Shown: positions 12,579 through 26,175 of the stretch, in pieces
How positions within the stretch are numbered: position 1 is the first letter of the stretch
How the letters are laid out: each line of letters starts with the position of its first letter
DNA from: Octopus sinensis
Taxonomy: Eukaryota
NCBI RefSeq assembly: GCF_006345805.1
Contig: NW_021831286.1
Location: 124,001-188,000, forward strand
Length of the DNA stretch: 64,000 bases
Direction of reading: 5' to 3'
Translations under genes and position numbers: made by a program
The notes under the pieces: generated by a model
What the model saw: the letters and a program-made list of their open reading frames with translations, nothing else
Databases searched by the model: none
Told to the model about the DNA's origin: nothing

Positions 12579-15500
12579 CAGTGAATACTCCCAAATTCGC
12601 CATTTTTGGTTCCGTCATTTTTTGCGGCGAATTTGAGAAATGGCGAATTTCAGAATATAATCAATAATTTTTGAATGCGAGTAAAACTGTTTAATAATTT
12701 GAAAATAGCCAAAATTGACGTAATTGAAAAAATTAATTTTATTTTAACAAAGAATTATGCTTTTTTATCAAAGTAATATTCCTGTCCCGTTTGTTTTCTC
12801 TTTATATTTTGATTTTTTTCCTCAAATCTTCGAATTGAAGTAATTAGACGCACATCTTCGTTTTCGATAATTTCGATTAGTGACTTCTCAATTTCTCTTA
12901 ATTTTACACCAATCTCATTTCTAGTGAAATTAACTATTGTTTGTTCATTCAAAGGAAAATTTTTATCTGCAGATTGTTTTTCAGGATCTTCATTATCGAG
13001 ATTACTTTCTTCGCTAATTGCAAATTTTTTTATAAGCGAATTAAATTGCATTTTCTTCTAAATAATTTATAGAAATGAATTCTTCAATTTGAATAGAATC
13101 ATAAATATCTGTTTTAATTATCAATTCATCAATTAAATTTTTATCTGTAGATAAAAATCATAAGTTTTACAAACCGAAAATAATTATTACAATCTAAAGC
13201 TACTGATGATCGAGAAGACGTTGCCCCTCAGGATCGCAATGGATATTCTTTGGAACAACCATTGCTTCTCCCGAGGCTCTCTCCGTCTTCTCGAGATCAG
13301 ATTCCCGATTTTCCCGACGAGTTCGAACGATTTTTAGCTCATGACCCCGGAGGTTTCTACGGATATTGGGGAGAAGATGAAGTTGTCCAACAGGTTGGAA
13401 TATTTCTGAACTTTATGTGCCTCAGCCTTCTCAGCGGCTGAGCCTGGACTGATCGCGGAGTCAACTATATTGGTCTTTGAGAAGGTGTCTGTGCACGTGG
13501 AGTCCCACGCGAGGCATTTCCCATTACTCCACGGGAAAATGGTGACTCCATCTGGGCGTTTACCGTCTCCACGGTCAAGCCCAACGGGTTCCAGTTCTGT
13601 CGGGAATCCAGCTGCTTGTAACGCAGCCGAAATAGTCTCGTTGATAGCGAAGTGTCTGGGAGCACGGCCAGCACTCCTTCTGCATGACAGGGGATGTAGT
13701 CCTTTGGTATCGACTTTACTACCACATCGGCATTGGCCCCCCGAACAGACATTAAGTCCCAAGCGTATTGCTACGCCAATTCTCACACAGTCATTATCGA
13801 GAAGGGTTCCAGATTGGGAGCAAGGGAAGGCATTAAGCCACGGCCCACTTTCAGGTCTGGCAGCGGCACCGAAACAAGCGAGGCGATGCTGATCCAATGT
13901 AGGTCTGATTGCTTCCATTTTAGCTTTGCTGAAGATATCATCCCATTCCCATTGGCGTGAAATGTTAGATGGAATGGCCAATCCAGATCCCTTCCAGAAT
14001 TTGCAAGCTCCAGAGAAAACCCGGTCCTCTTCCAATCCGCGAGAGTTACGTAGGATTTGGGTGATGAGGACTTGGGAGCTCGCACGTGAGGAGAGGAATG
14101 CAGGAAGAGCCATGTCCAGAGGTGAACGGAGTCCAACTCCGCCAAGGCGTAGAGGTAATTTGCAACAAGTCCAACCAGCGTCATCAAAGGATATGTTTAG
14201 GATCTTTTCAGCGGCCAACTTCAGAGAAGTATCGAGCGATTGAAGCGTGTCAGATTGTATTGAGCAGTTTGAAGTTCGCAGCAAGTATAGAAGCCTTGGC
14301 AACATGAGGTTTACTCTGGGCATGAAAAATCCGTAGTGAGAATCAAGCCACATGAGCTTATTTGTGAAATCAGTGACCCATTTGGCTTTCTCAGATAGCG
14401 ACTTCTTAAGTTGGATTTGGCCCATGGGCGCGCCGAGGAATAGAACATCATCAATGGGTGTGGTTGTCAGCCCAGGAAGGCGAAGTTGCAGCTTGTTTAG
14501 TGCGGAACCGAATTTTTCGTGCGAGCAAGAGATATTTATAAGCTCGCACTTGCTGACGTTTACTTTCAGTCCAATTTCACGAAGGGTGGGAATTATGTTG
14601 AAAATATCCTCAATCACAGTATCAGAGGGGCCCCCGATGGTTGCATCATCGAGGTACCACAGGTTGAAAATAGAATCGACTTTCCGTACGGCAGAGTCAA
14701 TGCCGAGGGCGAACAGCAGTGGACCGATAGGGTCGCCCTGCTGAACTCCTGTGCACGATTTAATAATTTTATCTCCAAAAAGAAGAGAGCTGTCTGACCC
14801 ATATGCCAGGTGAACCAAGCCGATAATATCAGGAGCCCTTTCTAAGCAAGTTTCGAGAATCACATCTCTCCTCAGGCTGTTGAATGCATTCTTAATGTCC
14901 AGTTTTATAGCTAGAACGCCGGGACCATTTGAGTTCCCTTTTTGCGAGAAGAATTCTCTGGTTGCATGCACTGCGGCTTCGCAACCATTTGGGATTCCCA
15001 CACCCAGCTGAAGTGGCGAAAGTTTGCAGCTGAGTCTCTGTGATGCCCTTCGTGAAGCGACTTTAGCAGCAAGTCTTCTAAAAACGTTGCCAATAGCAAT
15101 TGGACGTATCCCACCGTCTTTTTTGCCGAAAGCAAGAAGATGGGCAGAAAAGAGGAGCTCCCTAGCGATCACGGGAATGTCCCCTTCGATTATGCGCTGG
15201 ACCAGAGCCGTAAGCGAGCCGGCCAGAGACCGGCCAGCCTCGTGCGCTGAGGCCGAAACCAAATCCTTCAGGTGGCTTGGACGCAGGCCATCGATTCCGC
15301 CACTGCTGCCCCCATTGAAAGAGGAAACGCATGCGAGTATCTCCTCCGTAAGTGTTTTCGTATCCAGTGTGGAATTTGTAAAATGGAACGGCCGCACATT
15401 CGTCGGGGCCGACGGGTGCTTGCATTTGAGTAGATCTAAGATCTCAGGTGTCGTCGGCAAAATTTTGCCGTCGTTGGAAATAACACGGAGTGCTCCCCGC

Positions 15501-16616
15501 AGGTCCCCCACCATGAATTTACGAGAAACTTCTCCTCTGACCCACTCCTTATCATCTCCAAAGCGTGGCCGATTAAATTCGTCGTGCCGCTCAGGCTGAT
15601 CAATTAGTTCCTCAATAGGGCGTTCAAGGAGGGATTTTAGATGCGTTTTAATTTCAGAAGCCAAAGACTTGCGGTTTTCTGAAGAGTGCACCGAAGTTCC
15701 AAGTCCAAGAGGTGCAAAACAGAAAAGGCGGATCCATGATTCTGTGTCACGTGACTGGAGTGCCCTTTCAACAAGACTGTTGAGGCACGAGGCAGCGGAA
15801 ACTCTGGCTGACTTGGGGATCTTTAAAGGGATCCTTCTGGATTTTCGAATAGAAGAGAGCAGCAGAATAATTGAATCTCCGTCTGTGATTGAAAATACAT
15901 CAGAGCGTTTTGCTCGGGGTTCAGAAAAGGTGAACATGCGTAAACAAGGTAAGCAAAGCCAATTACGAAGGCCAAGGTATACAATGAGAAGTACAATTAT
16001 CGATCAAAATCAAAATTGACTTTTTTCCTTCGTCAAAAAGTTGTCAAAATTAATCACCCATTTACTAAAAATTTGGCCCGTCATCCAAGCCCTTTTTGAA
16101 CTGTAATATGAAACAGAGAATTGATAGTCGTAATTTTTGAAACATTTAGCATCTTTGAGTTTCCAATTAAAACAGGCTTTAGTTTGTGATTCCCAGACAT
16201 ATTTGCACACAACATTACAGATACCCGATCCTTAAAATCTTTATATCGTCCAAACTGAGTCTTGCAAATACTTTTAGCTGGAATTAGTTTGTAGAAAATC
16301 CCTGTTTCATCAAAGTTATAAATTTCATCGAGAGTATAGGACTTGGATAAATTTTGAAATTCATTTAAAAATCCTTCGATGTTAACTTTTTTATCAGTTT
16401 TCATCTGCCCATGCAATTTTCTCAGACGGAATTCATGTCTTTTTTAAACTTGAACAAAAACTTTTTAAAAATGTATTATTTATCCATATTTTTTTATTTT
16501 TTATCTAAAAATTTTAAAAATTGTGGCGAATTTCCATTGAAACTAGAATTTTTTTTAAAAAAGGCGAATCTAAGAATTGGCGAATTTAAGAATGGCCAAT
16601 TTTGGGGTATTCACTG
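12579..16616 (-). mobile_element. pogo/Tigger DNA transposon interrupted by a CRE retrotransposon
   Basis: TIRs CAGTGAATAC(T/C)CC.AAATT.GCCA with TA TSD (12577-78, 16617-18). DDE_1 pieces YNFDETG, RVSVMLCANMSG, AWMT, LIDNCTSH (15975-16416) and a C-terminal KQT..YF piece (12755-13051). Confidence 0.9.
13185..15975 (-). mobile_element. CRE-clade RLE non-LTR retrotransposon, 5'-truncated, nearly intact 867-aa ORF
   Basis: RT motifs GIRPIAIGNVFRRL, LDIKNAFNS, GVQQGDPIGPLLF, WYLDDAT; C-x-C..H..SC; RLE GKRPDG..WDSTC..KVQKY..ETSG. One TAA at 13334 precedes the terminal QRISIAILRGN (true stop near 13190). Confidence 0.92.
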
Positions 16617-18070
16617 TATGTGCAAAAACGTTTCCAAAAAATATCAAAAAGAAAACAAAACCCAGAAATTATCAAACTGATAAAGGAAAAAAAAACTTCC
16701 TCAAACGCAAAAAAATTTTTAACCAAAAAAAACAACCAAGAGAATAAGGACACTAAATATGGCGATCCTGAGCAAGGTAGACAGTCAAAAAGCAAGAAGC
16801 TTGGGAGGATATCATCAGCTATGAAAAGGAATAGTCCACTGTCTAGGATGTGGAAGATGCTATTTAAATTTGGGGACTATGATGCACAGACAGGTGTGGA
16901 ACCTGGTGACTCACTGAATTTAAACAAATTTATGAAGCACTGTGTCTCAATCAGCTACAAACCTTATCAGAAACACAATAGGCCACCAAATTCTGTGCAA
17001 AAATTAAAAAAGGGAATCTATCAACCCCTTTTCTACTTGATCAAGTCACATTGGTAATCCAACACACAAAGAATACAATTTCCTGTGGTCCAGGCGGAAT
17101 ACCAATGATTCTGCTCAAGAAACTGGGCCCTGTAGCTATCACGGCAATAATGGCCATCTACAACCAGTCAGTGAATGAAAACCGTGTTCCAAATATATGG
17201 AAGCAATCCAAAATTCATCCAATCTTAAAACCTGGGAAGGAGGGGAACGAACCAGGATCATACAGGCCAATATCTCTATTATGTGCCCCCTTAAGAATTC
17301 TTGAAAAGTTGATTCTTGGCCGTATTCGACACTCTATCCCGGAAGCAGCTTTTAAACATGGCTTCAAGAAAGGACTGTCAACTACATCTCATTTACTGTT
17401 TCTGAAACAATTTATTACAAAAGGGTTAGAAAGGAAACCTAAACAGGAAAAAACAATTGTATGCTCAATTGATATTCACAAATAGTTAATTATGGTTATG
17501 ACGGTGTTTTTGGTCCTAATAAATAAAATAAATAAATTAATTAAAAATTTCAATCAAATCATTGGGTTCCTTGTCTCTTAAAGGAATAGTTTCGTGCCAC
17601 TCCACTTATTTCCCATTTCTAGTCAGTCATTTATCGTAACTGTTTTCATTAAATGGGATTTCCCGAAGCCTCCTAGTTTTACAAGTCGCTTGTAAGCTAA
17701 GTTTTACTTTACATCAGATACTTTCATATTGTGTTTTTGTTGAGTTAATGTTATTTTGAGAGCATTTATCAGCACAACTGAATGGATAAAGTTCTCGTTG
17801 TTTCTATAATAGGTATTTTATTCATATAATTTTTGAGGCATTTCGAGACAACTTTCTTTTAATTACTAACTAGCAGAATAACTTTACTTAAAAGTCCTAA
17901 AAAATCGAAAGTAAACTTCTAAATAGCTGTGATATTTTCCATTTCTTCCAAAAGTCTACTGGTTTAAGTAAATTTCTTTTTGTAGGTTGGAGGCGTAATC
18001 TGAGTCTTGTAAGTAGCTGTCGTATTTGTCGTCAATATTTTTAAAGTTCTAGGGCTCTAAATTTCGTGTA

Positions 18071-18741
18071 CATTTAAACCCCTTATAATGCCACGTCATT
18101 TTTTGGTTCTTCTTTGAATTTCTCTTTATAATGCCAAACCTCGCCACTCAGTTATTGCCACGCCAAATTATGTGCCTTATCCGATATAGCGCCATTCAAA
18201 TTTTTAAATTATTATTTTCAAGTCATATGAATTACCCTAATTTATTATTGTTTTTAACCGGTTATAGTTTACGTGATACTTAAATTGCAGAATGGTAAAT
18301 AGTGAAAGCTGTAGAAGACTATCTTTTAATTTTAAGCATAAAAACGAAATAATTGAATATTATAACAATAATAAACATAAAACCCATAAGGAAATTGGTG
18401 ATCACTTCTCAAAAATATAGAGACTACCTATCAAAAGAAGGACTGTTTGTGAAATACTACGACACAGAGAAAAATTTCGAGAAAAGGAATTGTTGATACA
18501 AATCTATTGAATGAAATGGCTAATGCGCTCTTACTCAAGAGATGTCGTAAAAAAGCTTACAATATATTAAACATATTAAAAGGGAATATCGGGATTGTCT
18601 AAAAAATAGTTATAGACAGTCAATGATTATGGAGTTTAAAATAAATATTAAATATTAGCGGAGTCGCGTTATAATGCTACTCCGTTTATTGCCATGAAAT
18701 ATTTGATTTTTTTTTCGTGGCAATATAAAGAGGTTTAAGTG
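18071..18741 (+). mobile_element. Deleted pogo-like element (HTH remnant)
   Basis: TIRs CA(T/C)TTAAACC.CT..ATA.TGCCACG with TA at both ends. Internal remnant LSFNFKHKNEIIEYY..IKRRTVCEILR (psq/CENP-B HTH). Confidence 0.8.
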
Positions 18742-18749
18742 TACATCCT

Positions 18750-20150
18750 TAATAACCCTTAAAAATATACTCGCCAACCATACCAATCAAACCACAAGAC
18801 TACCTCCCCGGATATCTCCTTCTGCTCCCCAAACTTAGAATAAATATCAATGGAACAAAATTAATCAAATATCATCAGATCACATACTAATCCTAGTACA
18901 AACATTTGTCAAAATCAACACATTCCAAACAATAACACATTCATAAATTACAAAAGTGCCTTTATAAAAACGACACAAAAATTTTTCTTAAAAATTACGG
19001 AGAACAAACGCTAATCAAATATACATAAATCTAACAAACTTATTATTGATATTATTTCAAAAACAGCAAAAAGACAAATGCCCATGCGGAACATTAGGAA
19101 ATACAACCCGAACTACACCAAGGAAATAGCAAATAAAATGAAAACTTGCGACAACCTCAAACACAACATGTTCTGGTTACAAACCTCAGATATCGTCACT
19201 TAATTAAGGGGACCAATATATTTAACAAACTCGAGAAAAAACAAAAAGAAAAACTGGCGTCAGTTTCCTAATACTCTCAACTACAAAACAAAAACATTTT
19301 TCAAAACAATAAACACCATTGTTAACTCCAGCAATGGAGAAACACACACGTCTATAAAATCCTAAAATGGTCTACCAACTGACAATGAACAGGCCAACTT
19401 GTTGACGAAACACTTAAGAAACATCAGCCACCGTAAACATGACTGTCACTCACACAAACTAAAAGTACAGAAATACCTCCTTGATCCCAATTCAAATTCA
19501 TTTACTCAAGAAAAGAAAAAAAATACGTAACTGCCAATCTTAAACAATCCCATCCAACTGGACCCGACAACATTAGCAGTTTTCACCTGAAAGGCCGGTT
19601 GATAATGGATTAAAATATCTCACATCGATGCTAAATGAATCCTTTAACATTAATACTATCCAACAAATATGAAAAATTGGGAAAATGATCACGAAATTAA
19701 AACCACATAAACCAGCTACAGACCCATCATCGTACAGACCAATTAAACTTCTATGCAACACCTCAAAAATAATGAAACGTCTAATCCTAAACAGAATATC
19801 CCATAAACTGATAATTAGCAAAATGCAACATGACTTCAGACCATAGCATTCAAAGACACCTTACTTACAAACATGACACAGATAATATCAAACGGATTAA
19901 TAAAAAAATCTTCCTCTTTGGAAAATCATAATTATCCTGGATCTAAGCAAAGCTTTTGACTTCATTCTTCGACTCCCAAAAATAAACAAAATCATTAACA
20001 CAAATATTAATGCTATCTAACTACTCAGTGGAGACAAGTTATATGCAACTCAACAAAAAACGCTCCAATACTTGCATCCACCCAATGGAGTACCCCTGGA
20101 ATCTGTTCTTTCCACCACACTTTTCAATACTTAAAATGATTCCGTCGAAA
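18750..20150 (+). mobile_element. Degenerate LINE (late APE to RT)
   Basis: TTSPDISFCSP as in the LINE at about 12315, plus SSYRPIKLLC and ILDLSKAFD; many stops. Confidence 0.8.
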
Positions 20151-20370
20151 GCATTAAAAACTCCTGATAAAACTAGAGGTAATTTTAATAAACCAATTAT
20201 ATTTTGAAGGTGTTAAAAAATATAAAGAAGGAATTACAATTGTTTTATGTTGTAATTCAGATGGGAGCGAAAACTCCGTCCACTTGTGATAAGAAAATGT
20301 AATAATCCGGGTTGTTTCAAAGGTTTCAATTATCAAAAGTTTGAATTTCTTTTCCTTTTTCATTCTTTGA
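20150..20370 (+). mobile_element. pogo/Tigger DDE fragment
   Basis: Reads ITIVLCCNSDGSEK..RPLVIRKCNNPGCFKG across a frameshift. Confidence 0.6.
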
Positions 20371-20429
20371 TAATTTTTTTCATTGTTAATTTCAACATCT
20401 AAAACAAACATTTTTCTATATACCTTATT

Positions 20430-20660
20430 ATTATTAACCCCCAAGCTTGCATAGTTTCCCGGCACAAACAGTCATAGCTAACTAATCGAATGAAGAATCC
20501 AAGGAAGAAGGAACTGTCCGTGCTGATCAACATTAGCCTCCAAATCTTCAATACAGCTTTCCGGATCCAAAGAGAGGTGGAAAATATCTGGTTTGTTCAG
20601 TTCCCATTTGTCAACCTCCTACCGTCGCTCACCGCACGTCGTTTGTTTCCGGAAGGGTTT
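20430..20660 (-). repeat. Dispersed repeat, LINE-like 3' end; second copy at about 28500-28760
   Basis: Both copies share aacccccaag..acagtcata..ctaatcgaa..ctccaaatcttca..caaagagaggtgg..taccgtcgct, next to an A-rich tail on the minus strand. Confidence 0.55.
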
Positions 20661-20799
20661 TACATACTGAAGATTTTTTCATTGGTAAGTATCTATATAC
20701 CTTAATTTGATTTAATTTCAGTCATCTTCACAGTTCAAGTTCGATATTTATTTTTCCTTATCTTTATCAATATCTAAACATTATAAAATTTAAAGTTAC

Positions 20800-21400
20800 T
20801 TTTATTCCGCATAAATGTATTATACGGTGAATTAAGATAAACGGTGACTTTTTTGTTGCTGAATGAATACTTTTGTAGTTATAGACAACTGAATCAAGAC
20901 TCGTAGACCATTCGTGATCTTCTTTTATAAACAGTTTTTTAACCAGCGCGTAAACGTTTGGTTACATCTTTCAATTTGACCATGTGATTGAGGGTGTCTG
21001 GGGCGACTAAACTTCTGTAAAATGTTGAATTCTCGGCATAATGAAGTAACATTTCATTTTTGAATTTTTTACTGTTGTCTGATTGTAATATTTGAGGAGG
21101 CCTAAAATTATAAAATAAATTTTTTAAAATAGAAGAAATTAGAAATGCTTTCGAATTAGTACCTCGAGCAAAGCAAAATTTGGAATAAATATCGATTACG
21201 TTAAAATTATATTTGAGACCATGACTTTCTTCAGACCAGCGACTCAAATCTACCCTATCCATCTGCTAACGCTCTCTTGGAGCTTTTGCTTCAATGTTTA
21301 TTAAAGGAATATGTGCTTTTAACGGCTGACTTTGAGCACAGGCAGCAAATTCATCACAAACTTCGGATAATTGATCTGTTAATACTAAAAAAATAATTGT
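20800..21400 (-). mobile_element. Ginger/Tdd-like (retroviral-type DDE integrase) relic
   Basis: CxxC, then IEAKAPRER, VDLS..LKY..NVIDIYSKF..PPQILQSDN.K.FKN, and in the next frame RHPQSHGQIERCNQT. Confidence 0.8.
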
Positions 21401-21731
21401 CAGAGTATTCTTTCATTTTGTTTACTCCATAATGCGTTTTCAAATGTAAATTCAGACATTCAGACTTCATAGTTTCCAAATCATCTTGCGCAATTACAAT
21501 TTTTTTGTTCATCATTGGTTATTAGCCTAGAGTCTTTTAGTAAAAAAACATTTTGTCTTATTTGGAAATCTTGACTTCTTCATTCTGATTAAACCTTCAT
21601 AAATCGTATTGCTTTCCAATAAGAAACAATGTTTTTGTAATAAATTTTCAAGCAGCATTTTTGACAAAAACGGAAACATCTCAATATAATGGTCTAAATA
21701 TAGGTCAATAGGTCAAAAGTTTAACAAGATA

Positions 21732-23282
21732 CAGTACGACCCCGCCCCAATAAAACCCCGGCCTTGGGGCACCCTCTGTTTTGGGGCGATTTTTTTAATA
21801 AAAATTATTTTGAATGATTTCTCAGTTTTTGTATATTTTTGACCAATAAGAAGCTTAAATTTGAAATACGAAACCCCGCTTATTGGGGCACTTTTTCAAT
21901 CGATAATATTAAAATTTATTATTTCATTTTTATTCTTTATTTAATTAATTTTTAAATATTTTTAAGCATGCCAGCGAAGCTTAGTCGGAACTTGAAGCAA
22001 AAAATTGCATCGAACCTTAACTTCGATAATTTTAAAGCATCGAATGGATGGTTGGATCGTTTTAAAAAAAGTCACGAATTACTGTTTAAAGTAATTTCCG
22101 GAGAAAAGAACTTGTACGACCAAGATAAGATCGAAGATTTTTTTAATGATTACGACAATTTATTTGATAAATTCGAGAAAAAAGATATTTTCAACTGTGA
22201 CGAAACATCCCTTTTTGTCAAAAAGAATTCATGTAAATCATTTGTATCTTCGAATGATGACTGTTTCGGTAAAACAAAAAGTAATGAACGAGTTTCGGTT
22301 CTTTTATGCTGCAACCTTGTAGGTGAGAAATTAAAGCCCCTTGTTATCGGTAAATTCAAATCTTCAAGATGCTTAAAAAATATAAAAACTGAAGATTATG
22401 GAGTATGTTGTATTAAATTATTTTTAGGTTTTGTACACTGCATCAAAAAATGCTTAGATGACGATTGATATTTTCGATAAATGGTTACAGAAGATAAACT
22501 TCGAAATGGCTCAAAAAAACAGAAAAATTTTGATTCTTATGGATAATGCACCGTGCCACAAAATACAAGAATATTCAAACTTATCATTTCATAAATTTCC
22601 TAAAAATACAACAGCACTTCTTCAACCTTTAGATATGGGGATCATAAATTCGTTTAAAGCCTATTATAGCAACGTTCTTTATGAAATGATATGTACTGAT
22701 GATCTTAAAAAATACTATTCGACTTTATTGAAAATTAATATGAGGCAAATAATCGCATATGTGGGAGAAGCATGGAATCAAGTAAACAACAATTGTCAAT
22801 TGTTGGATGAAAATAAACGAACAGAGAACATGTTTTCCTGAAATTAATTTAAAAAAAAGAATCTGAATTAATTGATAAGCATGTTTTAGCTTTAATGGAT
22901 CTTGAAATAAACGGAATTGGGGATAATGATACTTTGTATAATGGAAATGATGAAATTGAAGGGTCCGACTTAAAAGATTCAATGAGAATAATTAATGATC
23001 TTGAAACTTCCTTATTCAACACTTGCCCTGAAGGACTCAAAGAATACTATGAATTCAAGATAAAAATGTCGAAGATTCTAAGAAATAAATATAATACTGG
23101 ATTCAAAATAACTGATTATTTTTCATAGAATAAATTAATTCCTCTTTTTTAATACGAAAAAACATATTTTATTATTAAAAAATACAGATATTTGCTTTTA
23201 AAATGTAAAAATTATATATACCTCTATCTTAGGGGCACCCTCTATATTTGGGGCACTTTTCTATTGGGGCGGGGTCTTACTG
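21732..23282 (+). mobile_element. Full-span pogo/Tigger transposon with frameshifted transposase
   Basis: TIRs CAGTA(C/A)GACCCCGCCCCAATA, TA TSDs. ORFs 21968-22468, 22458-22841 and 22895-23128 contain FKASNGWLDRFK, NCDET, MDNAPCH, LQPLDMG. Confidence 0.92.
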
Positions 23283-23989
23283 TAGAATGTGTAACGCGGA
23301 TGGCGCATGACATTTATGAATAATTTTGAAGAATTTGTCACAAGCCTATAATTCTACAAAATCAACATCATTTTAACATTCGGCATTTTAATGAGTCAAA
23401 TGTAATAACAGTGTTAAATAAATTGTCTGAATTGACTCCCCATTGATTATCCGATTAATGTTGATACACTAGAACCCGTCATATTTTCCGATCGTTTAAT
23501 GAAGTAATTACATATCACATCTACAAGCCTTCCAATCAGAGACATCATTTTTAATTATCGGTAAAATCTGGCAGTTTACCGGATTTTTAGTAACAATTTC
23601 AAATAAAAACTTTTCCCTAGAACCTATCATCAAGGTCAATGATTGCTTGCTAATAGCTTAGGATGAAATCTTTCTATTTAATAAAAAGCACTCATTAGAC
23701 ATACGCAAGTTCTTCTTTGAATTATAAATTATGATTTTTTCGATCCTAACATAAAGTTTCCACTTTCAGAAGCTCTCCCTTTTTGACTTGCTGTATTCAT
23801 AAAGACAGGGAACGTCCACCAAGCTCTCTTTTTAGACTGAAATAAAACTTGTACAATACAACAATTTGCAGGCCCAAAAGCCAGCCCTAAAAAAGAATTG
23901 AGACTGAGTGCTCTCTCTGAATGAAATGTTCTGCTACCTCAATAGCTTAAAATAATAAATATCATCAATAAGACAAATTAATGATCACA

Positions 23990-24736
23990 TTATATCCAGG
24001 GAAATGATCGAGACTGTCTGGGAATCCCCTTATCGCCCTCAGCATCCTCCAAAGGACATTTCTTCTTATGTCGCATAAACTGGAGTCTATTCTCCAAAAG
24101 TTTCTGCTCTTCTTTACATTCCTTCAATTTCTCGGTGGCAACCGCACACAACTCCTTCAACTGACACCAACGCTTATCCAATTCAACATTCCGACCAGTC
24201 AAAGGGCAGGAATCAACCTCCAATGTCCTCACCTTCAAATCCCTCAATTCTTTTCTGAGTTGTTCTATCGTGACCTCACTTTGCTTGCACTCCGAGGAGA
24301 GGAGTTGAGCTTTGTCCTCTATGTACAAATATATAAATATTTCTCACCTTCTTGTCTCAAACGAGATTGTGCTTCCAACAATTGTTGAGAAATCAACTTT
24401 ATTTGACGTTCTTTCTCGTTTGCCTGCACTTCGAATTGTTCCAACTGCACATATTTCTTGAAAAGTTACAAAAATTAGTACAATTCGGCGGGAAATGAAA
24501 GATTGGAGTAAATCACGGAGACAAATGTCGTCCTCGGACTCGACTGTCTCATTCACCTCCAAAGAAACTACAAAATAAATACAAAAACAACGAAAGGGAT
24601 GTCCGCAGAGTTCTCCTATGGCCCAAAGCGAGGGTTTTGTCGAATCAGTCCCATCGTATAGGGTGGGAAGGACATCTCCGAGCAAAGTCTGATCTTCCAT
24701 ACTCAAAAAAGAGAGACTCTCGTTAATTTGACTCAT
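23990..24736 (-). CDS. Unidentified coiled-coil protein, 3 micro-introns
   Basis: GT-AG introns 24568-24591 (24 nt), 24457-24481 (25 nt) and 24319-24347 (29 nt) join one open frame MSQINES..QLRKELRDLKV..FPWI*. Family not recognised. Confidence 0.65.
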
Positions 24737-25347
24737 AATTGACTTGGATACAGAAAAAGGAAGTAATGTTAGCAACAAGACGAGTAACTCAGGAATATTA
24801 TACAATATAATACAGAATTTAAGCCAAAACAGTCGTCGTGGGTCAGTAAGTCGAGCACACAATCCAATTCCAAAGGGGAATCCTCAAAAGCTAAAAAAAT
24901 GAATAAAGAGAGCAAACTATACTCCAAATATTTCTTCACGTATTCTTGTCTCTCGATAAGTGTCGTATTTGAGGTGGTGTTGTCACAACTGGTGAAAATA
25001 AGAATATTACATAATGTTGACTAGTCGGATAAAGACTGTATAATCACTCAGTCTGCAATGGGTGACTATGTCGACGTCAGTCAGGATAGATGCCTGTGTT
25101 TATTATCATATTGGGAATACCCAGCGGTAAAATGATTGCATTTTCTCGATGAGATTCATTAATAAATATTTTGAATGGTAGTACACACTAAACACCGCCA
25201 AACTATATATTTATAAGTGTAGTGTTTAATTAACATTAAAAAAACAAAAAGTGCGTTTGTTAAGAAAGGGTTTTTTTCGGCGACTGCAAATAATTATTGC
25301 AAAAGTTAATTAAGTCAGCTGATTTGTAGTAAATTCTGATGCCGCTT

Positions 25348-26000
25348 CTAAATCACAGAAATATCATAATCCAAAAAGTCAATTTCACAAATAATTTCAG
25401 AAGCCTGGCTGACAGTTATCCCAATGGCGTCAGTCGGGACATTACTGGATAATGGATGAGATCGCAATCTCTTTCCACTTGTGATTAAAGATCTGCAGTA
25501 AGCATCAATCTTGTTGCGGCTAGACGATTGACACCGTAGGGCTGTCTTGATGAAATTCATACAGTTGCTATCTTGACTACACCCGCTGTCTTCGTGCTGG
25601 GGGTTGGGCATACATTTTAACACATAATCGGATCTCGGCAGTTGCTAAACCCGGCTAGGTGACAAGACACGCGGAGGGTTATGTTCTTATTAAGAAATTA
25701 TAACAAGACATTGCACTATGTTAAAATGAACATTTGCTCCAACAGTAAGAATAGAGACAGTCAGTATGACCAGCCCACGAAAAATATTTCTACCAACGAT
25801 TAACACAACAAAGAATATTTTTTGGTATGAATAATGTCTTGTGGGTTGTAGAGTCCGGGGACTGTCTATTCCATTTAGTACTATCCACAAGACATCGTTA
25901 ATCCACGCCAAAACTTAAAAATGAGAAATACGGGAAAGTCGGGAGAGTGTTCCCTGTAGCCGAGGCATGAAGAATACAGAAACCTTCTACTCAAATCTGC
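25348..26000 (-). CDS. Possible unidentified gene (hydrophobic and Cys-containing segments)
   Basis: Two short same-strand ORFs in GC-elevated sequence; no consistent splice model found. Confidence 0.2.
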
Positions 26001-26175
26001 TAGGCACTGGCACTTAGTAAAACGAGTCTCGCTGGTCAGGGGTTATGCCAGGCTATCCACAAATAATAAGTTATAAATCGTAAATATTCTTTGATTTAAA
26101 AATGCAACATTTGAACAATCATAAACATGCATCCTTGGTGAAAATTTATTCAATAAAAAAATCTGAAAATCACAA

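Larger units (their letters stand above)
11690..17545 (+). mobile_element. APE-RT LINE with N-terminal 2A-like peptide, split by pogo insertion, RT truncated, (TAAA)n tail
   Basis: LLLLSGDVEQNPGP then APE motifs SLNING, LLQETK, NLYIPP, LSGDF, SDHNPI. After 16618 the RT N-terminus has GPGGIP, SYRPISLLC, FKHGFKK. Removing the pogo restores ..EGRKL-Y-VQKRF. Tail at 17515-17545. Confidence 0.85.

Noticed and set aside
13470-16019. Numerous long plus-strand ORFs (for example 15024-15599, 15669-16019)
   Set aside because: Antisense shadows of the GC-richer CRE ORF, with no recognisable motifs. The same applies at 31222-32814 and 9934-10497.
17640-17700. GGFGKSHL on the minus strand, resembling a Walker A motif
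   Set aside because: Incomplete consensus, surrounded by stops, and no other helicase motifs.
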